Shown piece by piece: positions 8,087 to 16,741 of a stretch of DNA of 64,000 nt. Origin of the DNA: Rubricoccaceae bacterium (GTDB taxonomy: Bacteria; Bacteroidota; Rhodothermia; Rhodothermales; Rubricoccaceae); contig JAWWCA010000001.1 in assembly GCA_033720695.1 (NCBI GenBank), positions 634 through 64,633 on the forward strand. Direction: 5' to 3'. The position numbers and the translations under genes were made by a program. Position 1 is the first letter of the stretch. Every line of letters starts with the position of its first letter. A model generated the notes under the pieces. It was not told the DNA's origin and did not search any database. It worked only from the letters and a program-made list of their open reading frames with translations.

Positions 8087-8302
8087 ATGCCACGCTACAA
8101 CAAGGGCGACGACGTCCAATGGGAATGGGGCTCCGGCACCGCCACCGGCACCGTCCAGGAGTCCTTCACCGAGCACGTCACCCGAACCATCGACGGCAAC
8201 GAGGTCACCCGCGACGCCGACACCGACAACCCCGCCTACCTCATCGAGCAGGACGACGGACAGCGCGTCCTCAAGTCCGAGTCCGAGCTGAAGAAGGCCT
8301 GA
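8087..8302 (+). CDS. DUF2945 (hypervirulence-associated TUDOR-like) protein
   Basis: Track ORF, 71 aa: MPRYNKGDDVQWEWGSGTATGTVQESF...NPAYLIEQDDG. Characteristic of DUF2945. Confidence 0.8.
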   Translation: MPRYNKGDDVQWEWGSGTATGTVQESFTEHVTRTIDGNEVTRDADTDNPAYLIEQDDGQRVLKSESELKKA

Positions 8303-8305
8303 GCC

Positions 8306-9838
8306 GTGCGACTCGCCTACGTCCTCGGCGACCAGCTCCACCCGCGCAACCCCGCCCTCGGCCCGCCCTCCGACACCCACGTCCTCATGGCCGAGGTCGC
8401 GGCCGAGGCCGACCGGCACGCCAACCACAAGCAGCGGCTCGCCCTCTTCTTCGCCGCCATGAGGCACTGGGCCGACGACCGACGACGCGACGGATACACC
8501 GTCCGGTACCACGCCCTCGACGACCCGGACGCCCCGCACGACCTCGCCGACGCCCTCACGCGCGCTCTCCACGACCACGCCTACGACGAGGTCGCCGTCG
8601 TCGAACCCGGCCGCCTCGCCCTCCGAGACGCCCTCCAGCGCACCTGCGACGACGCCGGCGTCCCCCTCCGCGTCGTCTCCGACGACCACTTCTTCTGCTC
8701 CCTCGACGACTTCGAGGCGTGGGCCGACGGACGGCGCGCCTTCGTCATGGAGCACTTCTACCGGTGGCAGCGGCGCCGCCTCGGCATCCTCATGAACGGC
8801 GACGACCCCGTCGGCGGACGCTGGAATTTCGACGACCAGAACCGCGACGCCTTCGGCGCCGACGGGCCCCCGGACATCAAGCCGCCCATCCAGTTCCGAC
8901 CCGACGACACCACCCAGGCCGTCCTCGACCTCGTCGACCAACGCTTCCCCGACAACCCCGGCGCCCTCGCCCCCTTTGAGTGGCCCGTCACCCACGACGA
9001 GGCCCTCCGCGCCACCCGCGACTTCGTCGAGCACCGACTCCCCCACTTCGGCACCTTCCAGGACGCCATGTGGACCGGCCGACCCTTCCTCTATCACGCC
9101 CGCCTCTCCGCCGCCCTCAACCTCAAGCTCGTCGACCCCCTCTACGTCATCATGAAGGCCGTCGACGCCTACCACGACGGACACGCCCCCCTCAACGCCG
9201 TCGAGGGCTTCGTCCGCCAGATCATCGGGTGGCGCGAGTACATGCGCGGCCTCTACTACACCTTCCCCGACCGATTCCTCGACGCCAACGCCCTCGACGC
9301 CCACCACGACCTCCCCCCCCTCTACTGGGACGGCAAGACCGACATGGCCTGCCTCGAAGACGTCGTCGGCCAGCTCCTCGACACCGCCTACGCCCACCAC
9401 ATCCAGCGGCTCATGGTCGCGGGCCTCTTCGCCCTCCTCTACGGCGTCCGCCCCCACGCCGTCCACGACTGGTTCATGGCCCTCTACGCCGACTCCGTCG
9501 AGTGGGTCACCCTCCCCAACGTCGTCGGCATGAGCCAGCACGCCGACGGCGGCCTCACCGCCTCCAAACCCTACGTCGCCTCCGGCAACTACATCCGCCG
9601 ACAGTCCAACTACTGCGCCGCCTGCCGCTTCGACCCCCGACAGGCCACCGGCGACGACGCCTGCCCCTTCACCACGCTCTACTGGGACTTCCTCCACCGG
9701 CACGCCGACCGCTTCCGCGACCACCGGCGCATGGCCCTCCAGGTCAAGAACCTCGACCGCAAGTCCCCCGACGAGCTCCACGCCATCGCCACCCGCGCCG
9801 AGGACGTCCGCGCCGCCGCACGCGACGGCACCCTCTGA
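8306..9838 (+). CDS. cryptochrome/photolyase-family protein, FeS-BCP / (6-4) photolyase (PhrB-like)
   Basis: Track ORF, 510 aa, GTG start. COG3046-type N-terminus (MRLAYVLGDQLH...). C-terminal Cys cluster NYCAACRFDPRQATGDDACPFTTLYW is typical of iron-sulfur bacterial cryptochrome/photolyases. Confidence 0.88.
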   Translation: MRLAYVLGDQLHPRNPALGPPSDTHVLMAEVAAEADRHANHKQRLALFFAAMRHWADDRRRDGYTVRYHALDDPDAPHDLADALTRALHDHAYDEVAVVEPGRLALRDALQRTCDDAGVPLRVVSDDHFFCSLDDFEAWADGRRAFVMEHFYRWQRRRLGILMNGDDPVGGRWNFDDQNRDAFGADGPPDIKPPIQFRPDDTTQAVLDLVDQRFPDNPGALAPFEWPVTHDEALRATRDFVEHRLPHFGTFQDAMWTGRPFLYHARLSAALNLKLVDPLYVIMKAVDAYHDGHAPLNAVEGFVRQIIGWREYMRGLYYTFPDRFLDANALDAHHDLPPLYWDGKTDMACLEDVVGQLLDTAYAHHIQRLMVAGLFALLYGVRPHAVHDWFMALYADSVEWVTLPNVVGMSQHADGGLTASKPYVASGNYIRRQSNYCAACRFDPRQATGDDACPFTTLYWDFLHRHADRFRDHRRMALQVKNLDRKSPDELHAIATRAEDVRAAARDGTL

Positions 9839-9850
9839 TCCGACCGACGC

Positions 9851-10030
9851 CGCGGGCGACCGGTGTCCGCTCGGTCTGGGGATGGGTAAGCGGCACGCTC
9901 CGGTCGCCCGCGACACGCGCGCCGCAAGCGCGCGCGGGAGAGTCGGACCCCCGAAGTATAAGCCTCTTTCCCGAAGGCTGCCCGGCCGCCCCAACCCCAC
10001 AGAACACCGTTGTTTGGCAACGTGCTGTGG
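9851..10030 (+). other. string of four stem-loops in the photolyase/DUF1579 intergenic region
   Basis: 13-bp perfect arms CGCGGGCGACCGG (9851-9863) / CCGGTCGCCCGCG (9900-9912). CGCGCGC-CGCAA-GCGCGCG (9916-9934). AGCCT-N9-AGGCT (9961-9979). CCACAG..CAC.GTTG-TTTGG-CAAC.GTG..CTGTGG (9997-10030). Confidence 0.35.
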
Positions 10031-10065
10031 CGTACGTTCTAGGGACGGACCAATCCCTCGATGCC

Positions 10066-10626
10066 ATGCGCTGCGCCCTCCCTCTCCTCCTCCTCGCCCT
10101 CCTCGCCGCCCTCCCCATCGACGCCACCGCCCAGGACGACGAGATGGAAGCCTGGCTCGCCATGAGCGCGCCCGACGACAACCACGCCTACCTCGAGCAC
10201 TTCGCCGGCGACTTCGTCTACCAGTCCACCACCTGGATGGAGCCCGGCGCCGACCCCATGCAGAGCGAGGGCGCCAGCAACGCCTCCATGACCATGGGCG
10301 GCCGCTACCTCTCCACCGACCACTCGGGAAGCATGATGGGGATGGACTTCAACGGCCACGGCGTCACCGGCTACGATAAGATGGCCGGCCACTTCGTCGC
10401 CTCCTGGATCGACAACATGAGCACCGGCATCATGGTCTTCCGCGGCCACCGCGACGGCGACATGCTCGTCCTCGAAGCCCCCTGGGACAACCCCATGACC
10501 GGACAGACCGAGACCCACCGCATCAAGCAGTGGCCCACCGACGACGGGTACGTCATGGAGTACTACACGGTCGCCGAGGGCGCCGAGCCCTTCAAGACCA
10601 TGGAGATCGCCTACTCCCGACGCTAG
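10066..10626 (+). CDS. secreted DUF1579 domain protein
   Basis: ATG 10066 inside artefactual ORF 8980..10626. Signal peptide MRCALPLLLLALLAALPIDATAQ, then HAYLEHFAGDF ... MTMGGRYL ... GYDKMAGHFVASWIDNMSTGI ... layout of DUF1579. Confidence 0.8.
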   Translation: MRCALPLLLLALLAALPIDATAQDDEMEAWLAMSAPDDNHAYLEHFAGDFVYQSTTWMEPGADPMQSEGASNASMTMGGRYLSTDHSGSMMGMDFNGHGVTGYDKMAGHFVASWIDNMSTGIMVFRGHRDGDMLVLEAPWDNPMTGQTETHRIKQWPTDDGYVMEYYTVAEGAEPFKTMEIAYSRR

Positions 10627-10632
10627 CCGCCC

Positions 10633-11079
10633 ATGGATCCCACCGCCGTCCAGCCGACCGCCCGGCCCCGCCACCTCTGGATCGTCGGCGGCCTCTCCCT
10701 GCTCTGGAACGCCTTCGGAGCCGTCGACTACCTCATGACCCAGCTCCAGGTCGAGTCGTACCTGAGCGGCTTCACCCAGGAGCAGCTCGACTACTGGAAC
10801 GGCTTCCCCGCCTGGGTCGATGCCTGCTGGGCCATCGGCGTCTGGGGCAGCGTCCTCGGGTCCGTCGCGCTCCTCCTCCGACAGGCCTGGGCCCAGTGGG
10901 CCTTCGCGCTCTCCCTCGTCGGCCTCGCCGGGTCGTCACTCTACACCTACGGCCTCACCGACGGCCTCCGCATCATGGGCGGCGCGGGACCCGTCGTCTT
11001 CTCCGTCCTCATCTGGGTCGTCGCCATCGCCCTCTTCATCTACGCCCGCGTCATGGCACGCCGCCACGTCCTCCGGTAG
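10633..11079 (+). CDS. integral membrane protein (about 4 TM helices)
   Basis: Track ORF, 148 aa. Hydrophobic segments LWIVGGLSLLWNAFGAV, WAIGVWGSVLGSVALLL, AFALSLVGLAGSSLY, VVFSVLIWVVAIALFIY. Confidence 0.6.
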   Translation: MDPTAVQPTARPRHLWIVGGLSLLWNAFGAVDYLMTQLQVESYLSGFTQEQLDYWNGFPAWVDACWAIGVWGSVLGSVALLLRQAWAQWAFALSLVGLAGSSLYTYGLTDGLRIMGGAGPVVFSVLIWVVAIALFIYARVMARRHVLR

Positions 11080-11599
11080 ACGACCGCCCCCGGGACGACG
11101 ACCGGTACCCCTCGTAGAACGCGCCCACCACCACGGGCACCCCGACCCCGCGCGGCGACGAATCGGCCAGACGCCCCTCCCCACCCGGCGTGCGGGTGAT
11201 CGCCAACGCGTCCACCAGCGACCGACCGTTCGGGGACAGCGTCGCCACCACCAGGACCTCCGAACGCGCCGACGCCTCGCGCTCCGTCGGCGCACGCCCG
11301 CTCCCGTCGTCGAGCACCATCCACGACTCCGCGATCCACGTCAGCGCCAGGACCCGCACCGCCGACGCCCCCAACCGCGACCCGAGGTCCCGAAGCTCCT
11401 CCGCCCGCGTCGCGGGATCCACGGCCGCCCGCAGCTCGAAAACCCGCCCCTTCCGCGACCGGTACGTGACCACCGCCGTCGGCGCCAACGCCGGCCTGGT
11501 GACGTCGTCCGTCTGGAGACGCCCCCACGCCTGCCGCGCCTCGGACACGTGCCGGTCGTGGATCTCCGGGAGCGGGATGGAGCGGCGCGGGGCGCGCAA
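11051..11599 (-). CDS. hypothetical protein, paralogue A of a ruvC-linked pair
   Basis: Track ORF, 182 aa. Shares PEIHDRHVSEARQAW near the N-terminus and GAFYEGYR near the C-terminus with 11674..12111. No family recognised. Confidence 0.5.
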   Translation of the reverse strand: MRAPRRSIPLPEIHDRHVSEARQAWGRLQTDDVTRPALAPTAVVTYRSRKGRVFELRAAVDPATRAEELRDLGSRLGASAVRVLALTWIAESWMVLDDGSGRAPTEREASARSEVLVVATLSPNGRSLVDALAITRTPGGEGRLADSSPRGVGVPVVVGAFYEGYRSSSRGRSSTGGRGGVP

Positions 11600-11673
11600 G
11601 GTGCCGTCGGACTGAAATCGGGGCCGGAAAGCTACGCGTCAGGCCACCTCCCGCCCACGAGCGACGCGCCCGG

Positions 11674-12111
11674 CTATCGGACAACCCGATAGCCCTCGTA
11701 GAACGACTCCAGCACGAAGGGCACCGCGGTGTCCACACGCCGGGTCGCCGCCCCCAGCGCGGCCTCCCCGCCCGTCGACCGCAGCACCGGGACCGTGCCC
11801 ACCAGCGCGTGCCCCGCCGGCCCCGCCGTCACCACCGTCATCACGTCCCGCTCCCCACGCGCCGGTGCCACGCAGCTCACCGCGGCCACGCACGTCCCCT
11901 CCGCCGCCATCGCGCGGCCCAGCGCGCGAAGCTGCGGCCCCCGGCGCGACGGGTCCAGCACCGACACCACCTCCTGCATCCCCGGCGCATCCCGGTACGC
12001 CACGACCGCCAACACCGGACACCGGCCACCGCTGGCCGCCCACGCCTCGCGCGCCACCCCGACGTGCTGGTCGTGCAGCTCGCAGAGCAGCCAACGGTCC
12101 CACCTCCGCAT
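11674..12111 (-). CDS. hypothetical protein, paralogue B of a ruvC-linked pair
   Basis: ATG at 12111 within track ORF 11674..12660: MRRWDRWLLCELHDQHVGVAREAW ... ESFYEGYRVVR. The start lies 2 nt after the ruvC stop. Confidence 0.5.
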   Translation of the reverse strand: MRRWDRWLLCELHDQHVGVAREAWAASGGRCPVLAVVAYRDAPGMQEVVSVLDPSRRGPQLRALGRAMAAEGTCVAAVSCVAPARGERDVMTVVTAGPAGHALVGTVPVLRSTGGEAALGAATRRVDTAVPFVLESFYEGYRVVR

Positions 12112-12113
12112 CG

Positions 12114-12650
12114 CTACAACCGGCGGATGCGCCCGGGATGGCCGCGCACGAAGCTCTCCCAGTCCTTGAACCGGCCACCCGCCCCCACCTCCACCCGGTG
12201 GGCATGGCAGATCGCCACCGCCAGCGCGTCCGACGCGTCGTGGCCCGCGTCCAGCGCCACCCCCAGCTGGGCCGCCACCATGTACGCCACCTGCTCCTTC
12301 GCGGCCTGGCCGTTCCCCACCACCGCCTTCTTCACCTCCGCCGGCGTGTACTGCGTGACCGGGAGGTCGAGACGCGCCGCCGCCACCATCGCCGCCCCCT
12401 GCGCCCGGCCCAGCTTCAGCGCCGACTGCGGATTCCGACCCATCACCGGCATCTCGATCGCCAGCTCGGCCGGACGGTGCGCCTCGATCACCCGCACGAT
12501 CTCGCCGTGCAGCGCCCGCAGCCGCTCGGCGTGGTCGATCGGCCCGACCTCGAACGTCCCCCACGCCACACCCACCACGGCCGAGCCCGAGGCGTCGATC
12601 ACCCCGTAGCCCAGGGCCCGGGTCCCGGGGTCGATGCCGAGGATGCGCAT
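12114..12650 (-). CDS. ruvC: crossover junction endodeoxyribonuclease RuvC
   Basis: ATG at 12650 within track ORF 12114..12779: MRILGIDPGTRALGYGVI ... AELAIEMPV ... AKEQVAYMV ... HDASDALAVAICHA. The catalytic D7, E66 and D138/D141 equivalents are present. Confidence 0.9.
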   Translation of the reverse strand: MRILGIDPGTRALGYGVIDASGSAVVGVAWGTFEVGPIDHAERLRALHGEIVRVIEAHRPAELAIEMPVMGRNPQSALKLGRAQGAAMVAAARLDLPVTQYTPAEVKKAVVGNGQAAKEQVAYMVAAQLGVALDAGHDASDALAVAICHAHRVEVGAGGRFKDWESFVRGHPGRIRRL

Positions 12651-12796
12651 GGCGCCGCAAGACGGTGAGCGAACATGGTACGATCCGGCCAGCTCAACGG
12701 CAACGGACCGGCCACCACGACGCCGAAACGCCTCGGTCGTATCGACCCACACCGTACCTTGCCCAAACGCCCCTCCCACCCTCCTCCCCCAACGGC

Positions 12797-13165
12797 ATGG
12801 ACAACCCGGTCAACTGGTTCGAAATCGCCGTCGCCGACCTCGACCGCGCATCCGCCTTCTATGAGGCCATCCTCGGCCTCCCCCTCGACCACCACAGCAT
12901 GGGCGGCGCCGACATGGCCTGGTTCCCCATGAACCCGACCGGCGCCGGCTCGGCCGGCGCCCTCGTCAAGCACGACACGTACGAGCCGTCCGACAAGGGA
13001 ACCGTGATCTACTTCAGCGTCGACGACATCGAGGCCACCCTCGCGCGCGCCCAAGAGCACGGCGGACACGTCCTCATGCCCAAGGAGAGCATCGGCGAGT
13101 TCGGCTTCGTCGGCATGCTCACCGACTCCGAGGGCAACCGCATCGGCCTCCACAGCCGAGCCTGA
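12797..13165 (+). CDS. VOC family (glyoxalase-fold) protein
   Basis: ATG 12797 within track ORF 12665..13165: MDNPVNWFEIAVADLDRASAFYEAILG ... GMLTDSEGNRIGLHS. Confidence 0.85.
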   Translation: MDNPVNWFEIAVADLDRASAFYEAILGLPLDHHSMGGADMAWFPMNPTGAGSAGALVKHDTYEPSDKGTVIYFSVDDIEATLARAQEHGGHVLMPKESIGEFGFVGMLTDSEGNRIGLHSRA

Positions 13166-13166
13166 C

Positions 13167-14183
13167 GTGACCAACGACGCCTACGCCGACGTCGACCGCT
13201 TCCGGTTCCACACCCTCCACCCCAACCTCCGCTTCGGAACCGCCAGCGACCGCTACGCCGGATGGATCGGACAGATCTATCCCGAGGACCATTACGCCGA
13301 CCGCGTCAGCTCCCGCAAACGGAAGCTCGGCGGACGCTCCTTCGAGGAGCGGACCGTCCCCGTCGAGTCCACCGCCGACTTCTTCGAACACTTCGGCGTC
13401 GTCGAACTCGACTTCACCTTCTACCGGCCCCTCCTCGACCCCAACGGCGACCCCTCCTCCAACCTCTTCGTCCTCGAACGCTACGCCGAGCACGCCCCCC
13501 CACACGCCCGCTTCCTCCTCAAAGCCCCGCAGGCCTACTCCGCACGCGTCCTGCGGCGCGGCGGCCAGTTCGTCGACAACCCGGACTACCTCGACGCCGA
13601 CGCCTACCGCCGGCGCTTCCTCGAGCCCGCCTCCGACCTCCTCGACGACCGCCTCGTCGGCGTCCTCTTCGAGCAGGAGTACGCCCGCGTCAGCGAGAGC
13701 CCCTCGCCCGACGCCTTCGTCGCCGAGCTCGACGCCTTCTTCGCCGCCGACGGCGACGCCCAGCCCCACCTCGAAATCCGCTCCCCACACCTCCTCACCG
13801 ACCCCTACTTCGCCTGGCTCCACGACCGCGGGCTCGGCCACGTCTTCAGCCACTGGACCTGGCTCCCCTCCATCAAAGAGCAGTGGTTCCGCGCCGGCCA
13901 ACGCTTCTCCGCCGCCAACGGCGAAGCCGTCCTCCGCCTCCTCACCCCGCGAAAGATGCGCTACGCCGACGCCTACGCCGAAGCCTACCCCTTCGACCGG
14001 CCCGTCCCCTCGCTCAGCGAGACGCCGGGCGCCCGCACCATGATCGAGGAGTCCGTCGCCCTCGCCGTCAAAGCCATCGAGGCCGGCGCCACCCTCAACG
14101 TCATCGCCAACAACCGCGCCTACGGCAACGCCCCGGCCCTCAACCAGGCCATCGCCTTCCGCTACCTCGAGCACCAGCGCTAA
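13167..14183 (+). CDS. DUF72 (UPF0759) family protein
   Basis: Track ORF, 338 aa, GTG start 1 nt after the previous stop. FGTASDRYAGWIGQIYPEDHY ... FFEHFGVVELDFTFY is typical of DUF72. Confidence 0.85.
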   Translation: MTNDAYADVDRFRFHTLHPNLRFGTASDRYAGWIGQIYPEDHYADRVSSRKRKLGGRSFEERTVPVESTADFFEHFGVVELDFTFYRPLLDPNGDPSSNLFVLERYAEHAPPHARFLLKAPQAYSARVLRRGGQFVDNPDYLDADAYRRRFLEPASDLLDDRLVGVLFEQEYARVSESPSPDAFVAELDAFFAADGDAQPHLEIRSPHLLTDPYFAWLHDRGLGHVFSHWTWLPSIKEQWFRAGQRFSAANGEAVLRLLTPRKMRYADAYAEAYPFDRPVPSLSETPGARTMIEESVALAVKAIEAGATLNVIANNRAYGNAPALNQAIAFRYLEHQR

Positions 14184-15694
14184 GACGCCAGGTCCGAGCC
14201 CAGCGGCACCCACGCCACCACCGCCGACGCCGGCAGCCGCTCCCCGGACGCCGCCTCCCAGTGCGCCTCCGGCGTCGCAAAAAACGTCAGCACCGGACGC
14301 TCGAACCCGCCCTCCAGCACGGCCCGCACCACCGTCCCCGGCGCCGGGACCTCGTCCGACGTGTAGCGCCAGCCCCGCCACGGACCCACAGGCTCGGGCA
14401 CCTCCCCTCCACGGGGCGCCACCCCCGCGTCCTCGATCACCGGGAGATACCGGCACGCGCATCCACCCGCCTCACACGAGGCGTGCGGCAGAGGGCCCGA
14501 CGACAGCGCCTCCAGCACCGTCATCGTCGACCCCGCCGACGCGGTGCAGTCCGGACACACCCCGCCCCCCGGGCACACCACGCGCACGCGCGCAACGCGG
14601 GCCTTCTGAAGCTGCTGGAGGTGCTGCGCATGCGCCTCACGCGACACGAAGTCCCCCGGCGGCACCACCGGATCCTCCGACCCCGGAGCCGCCGACCCCG
14701 CAGCCGCCTCCGACTCCGAACCGTGAAGCGGACCGAACCGGTCCGACACGCTCATCACGCCGCGAGCCGTCAGCACCACGTGGTGGTTCACCAATGCGGT
14801 GTACAGCGCCTCCGCCGTCCCCGCCTCGGCGTCCCACTCCGACAGCGCGCGGTCGCCCGCCGAGAACGACGCCCCGGCGTACAGCGGATCCGACACCAGC
14901 GACGACGCGACCGCGCCGGCCTCGACGCCCTCACCGACCGGAACCACGCGCCACTCGGTCGCGCCCGTGTACAGCGCCGCCGCCCCAGGTCGCGGCACGG
15001 CCCCGTCTCCGAAATCGACCGCCAGATCGTGCTCCGCCGCACACAGCGCCATCGTGCGCCAGTGCGCACGGTCCAAACGGGGAATCTCCCGCCGCCCGTC
15101 CTCCGGCACCCGCACCGCTCGATACACCGCCACGACCGACGCAAACTGCTCGCCCGACGGGATCCGCACGAGGCGCCGACAGAACGTCGCCGCCGCCTCC
15201 CGCGTGATCGGGCCCGGCCCCACGTCCACCAGCAGGTGGAAGCGACCCGCCGAGCGACCGCCGTACGCCATCGCCGTCAGGATCTGGCGGTACACCCGCT
15301 CCCACCCGTCACGGACCGGGTCCACCCGCAACCCCAACGGCACCCGCAAGACGTCGCGCACCTCCTCGATCGTCGCGCCGTCCTCCTCCGCGTGCACCAC
15401 CGGGACGAGCGTCAGCGCCGGCGACGTCTGCTCCAGCGTCGACGCATACGCCTTCGCCAGCGACACGTGGTCGCCCGCCACCGCCGCCGTCGAGTCGAAG
15501 TAGACCGGCATCCCCGGCGGGACCCCCTCGCGCAGCAACGCCGCCGCCGCCAACAAACCCGTCGACCCCACCCCCGACTGCGGCTGGCGCACCAGCAGCG
15601 GCACGACCGACGCCGCCACTCCGGGAGGCACCTGTCGCAGCGCCGACAGGGAGGCGGCGTCCAACGGGAGCGTCGGGACGTACCGCCACCGCAT
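14180..15694 (-). CDS. T4 beta-protein-family domain fused to a C-terminal MuF/gp7-like Cys module
   Basis: ATG at 15694 within track ORF 14180..15796: MRWRYVPTLPLDAASLSALRQVPPGVAASVVPLLV ... VDFGDGAV ... YAGASFSAGDRAL (beta-protein layout from memory). Then ARVARVRVVCPGGGVCPDCTASAGSTMTVLEALSSGPLPHASCEAGGCACRYLPVI (about 14432-14644). Confidence 0.65.
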   Translation of the reverse strand: MRWRYVPTLPLDAASLSALRQVPPGVAASVVPLLVRQPQSGVGSTGLLAAAALLREGVPPGMPVYFDSTAAVAGDHVSLAKAYASTLEQTSPALTLVPVVHAEEDGATIEEVRDVLRVPLGLRVDPVRDGWERVYRQILTAMAYGGRSAGRFHLLVDVGPGPITREAAATFCRRLVRIPSGEQFASVVAVYRAVRVPEDGRREIPRLDRAHWRTMALCAAEHDLAVDFGDGAVPRPGAAALYTGATEWRVVPVGEGVEAGAVASSLVSDPLYAGASFSAGDRALSEWDAEAGTAEALYTALVNHHVVLTARGVMSVSDRFGPLHGSESEAAAGSAAPGSEDPVVPPGDFVSREAHAQHLQQLQKARVARVRVVCPGGGVCPDCTASAGSTMTVLEALSSGPLPHASCEAGGCACRYLPVIEDAGVAPRGGEVPEPVGPWRGWRYTSDEVPAPGTVVRAVLEGGFERPVLTFFATPEAHWEAASGERLPASAVVAWVPLGSDLAS

Positions 15695-15731
15695 CACCAC
15701 CCCGCACTCCCGCGACCACCCCGCGCTCCCC

Positions 15732-16136
15732 TCACGCGCGAAGCTGTCCCGCGCGCTCGGCGCCCAGCGAGCGCGACCGCCGCAGCCGACCCCCACCCGA
15801 CGACGCCCCGTCCGCGCGCTTCGGCGGCTGCATGAACGACGCCACGTCGATCCGCTCGTCCCCCCGCCCCCAGAACCGGGCGAAGTCGCGCCCGTCGTCG
15901 GGGCCCGTCGGGCGGATCCGCGGACCCGGGTCGCCCGAGATCACCGGCAGGTAGCAACACTCGCAACCCCGCCGCCGCGGAAGAAGACCGCGACGGGCCG
16001 CCTCCGTCAACCGCTCCTCGCGGGGCCCCCCACCCTCCGGCGGGCACACCGGGCACCGACGCGCCGCGATGCGAACCCGCTCCACACGCGCCTGGTGGTA
16101 CAATCGGAGCTGTTTCGCAGCAGCGCGCGCGTCCAT
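15732..16136 (-). CDS. small protein that is a free-standing copy of the MuF/gp7-like Cys module
   Basis: Track ORF 15732..16184, ATG at 16136: MDARAAAKQLRLYHQARVERVRIAARRCPVCPPEGGGPREERLTEAARRGLLPRRRGCECCYLPVISGD... Lies 37 nt upstream of the beta-protein fusion gene on the same strand. Confidence 0.5.
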   Translation of the reverse strand: MDARAAAKQLRLYHQARVERVRIAARRCPVCPPEGGGPREERLTEAARRGLLPRRRGCECCYLPVISGDPGPRIRPTGPDDGRDFARFWGRGDERIDVASFMQPPKRADGASSGGGRLRRSRSLGAERAGQLRA

Positions 16137-16250
16137 GCGGGTGGGGAAGAGGGCGGCCCGGAAGTCTACCACCGCCCCGCGCATCGCCGCCAGACCAGCG
16201 CCCGAATTCGCACCGCCGCATGTCAGCTCTCACACGGTCCACCCGCCACC

Positions 16251-16658
16251 TCACCAAGCCCCGAGGATCGCTCCGACCACCGTGAGCAACAGCGTCATGT
16301 ACCCCGCGTCGATCAACCACAGCTGCACCGACTGCTGCTGGTACAGGTAGTTCATCCCCAGCATCGTCGACACCAGGCCCGCCCCCAGCACCAACCCCAC
16401 CACCGCGCCCCCCACCGCGCCCGACGACGGACCGATCACAAGCGCCAGAACGACCGTGGCAATGAAGATCAGCACGAACGCCCCCGCGAAGATCAACGCC
16501 ATGTTCGCGCCCTCAACGTCCGCGTCCGACAGCCCGACCTCGCGCTGCCAGGCCTTCCCGAACAACGGCCCGTACCACACCGCACCGAGGCCAAACGCCC
16601 CCAGCGCAGCAATCAGGACGGCGAGGTAGTTGACATCCGCGGGCGAGCCCAAGTCCAT
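16251..16658 (-). CDS. DUF1761 membrane protein
   Basis: Track ORF, 135 aa: NYLAVLIAALGAFGLGAVWYGPLFGKAWQREVGL ... Typical DUF1761 start and four hydrophobic helices. Confidence 0.8.
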   Translation of the reverse strand: MDLGSPADVNYLAVLIAALGAFGLGAVWYGPLFGKAWQREVGLSDADVEGANMALIFAGAFVLIFIATVVLALVIGPSSGAVGGAVVGLVLGAGLVSTMLGMNYLYQQQSVQLWLIDAGYMTLLLTVVGAILGAW

Positions 16659-16694
16659 GGCGCACAGGGTGGGTGACGGCCATAAGGTAAGGAC

Positions 16695-16728
16695 CAGAAA
16701 TCAGAAAACTCCTGATGCGCCCATCAGG
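16695..16728 (-). terminator. rho-independent terminator after the yceH-like gene
   Basis: On the minus strand: CCTGATG-GGCG-CATCAGG followed by AGTTTTCTGATTTCT, which is one of the few T-rich tracts in the window. Lies 14 nt past the stop at 16742. Confidence 0.6.
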
Positions 16729-16741
16729 GCTCGCACGCCCT

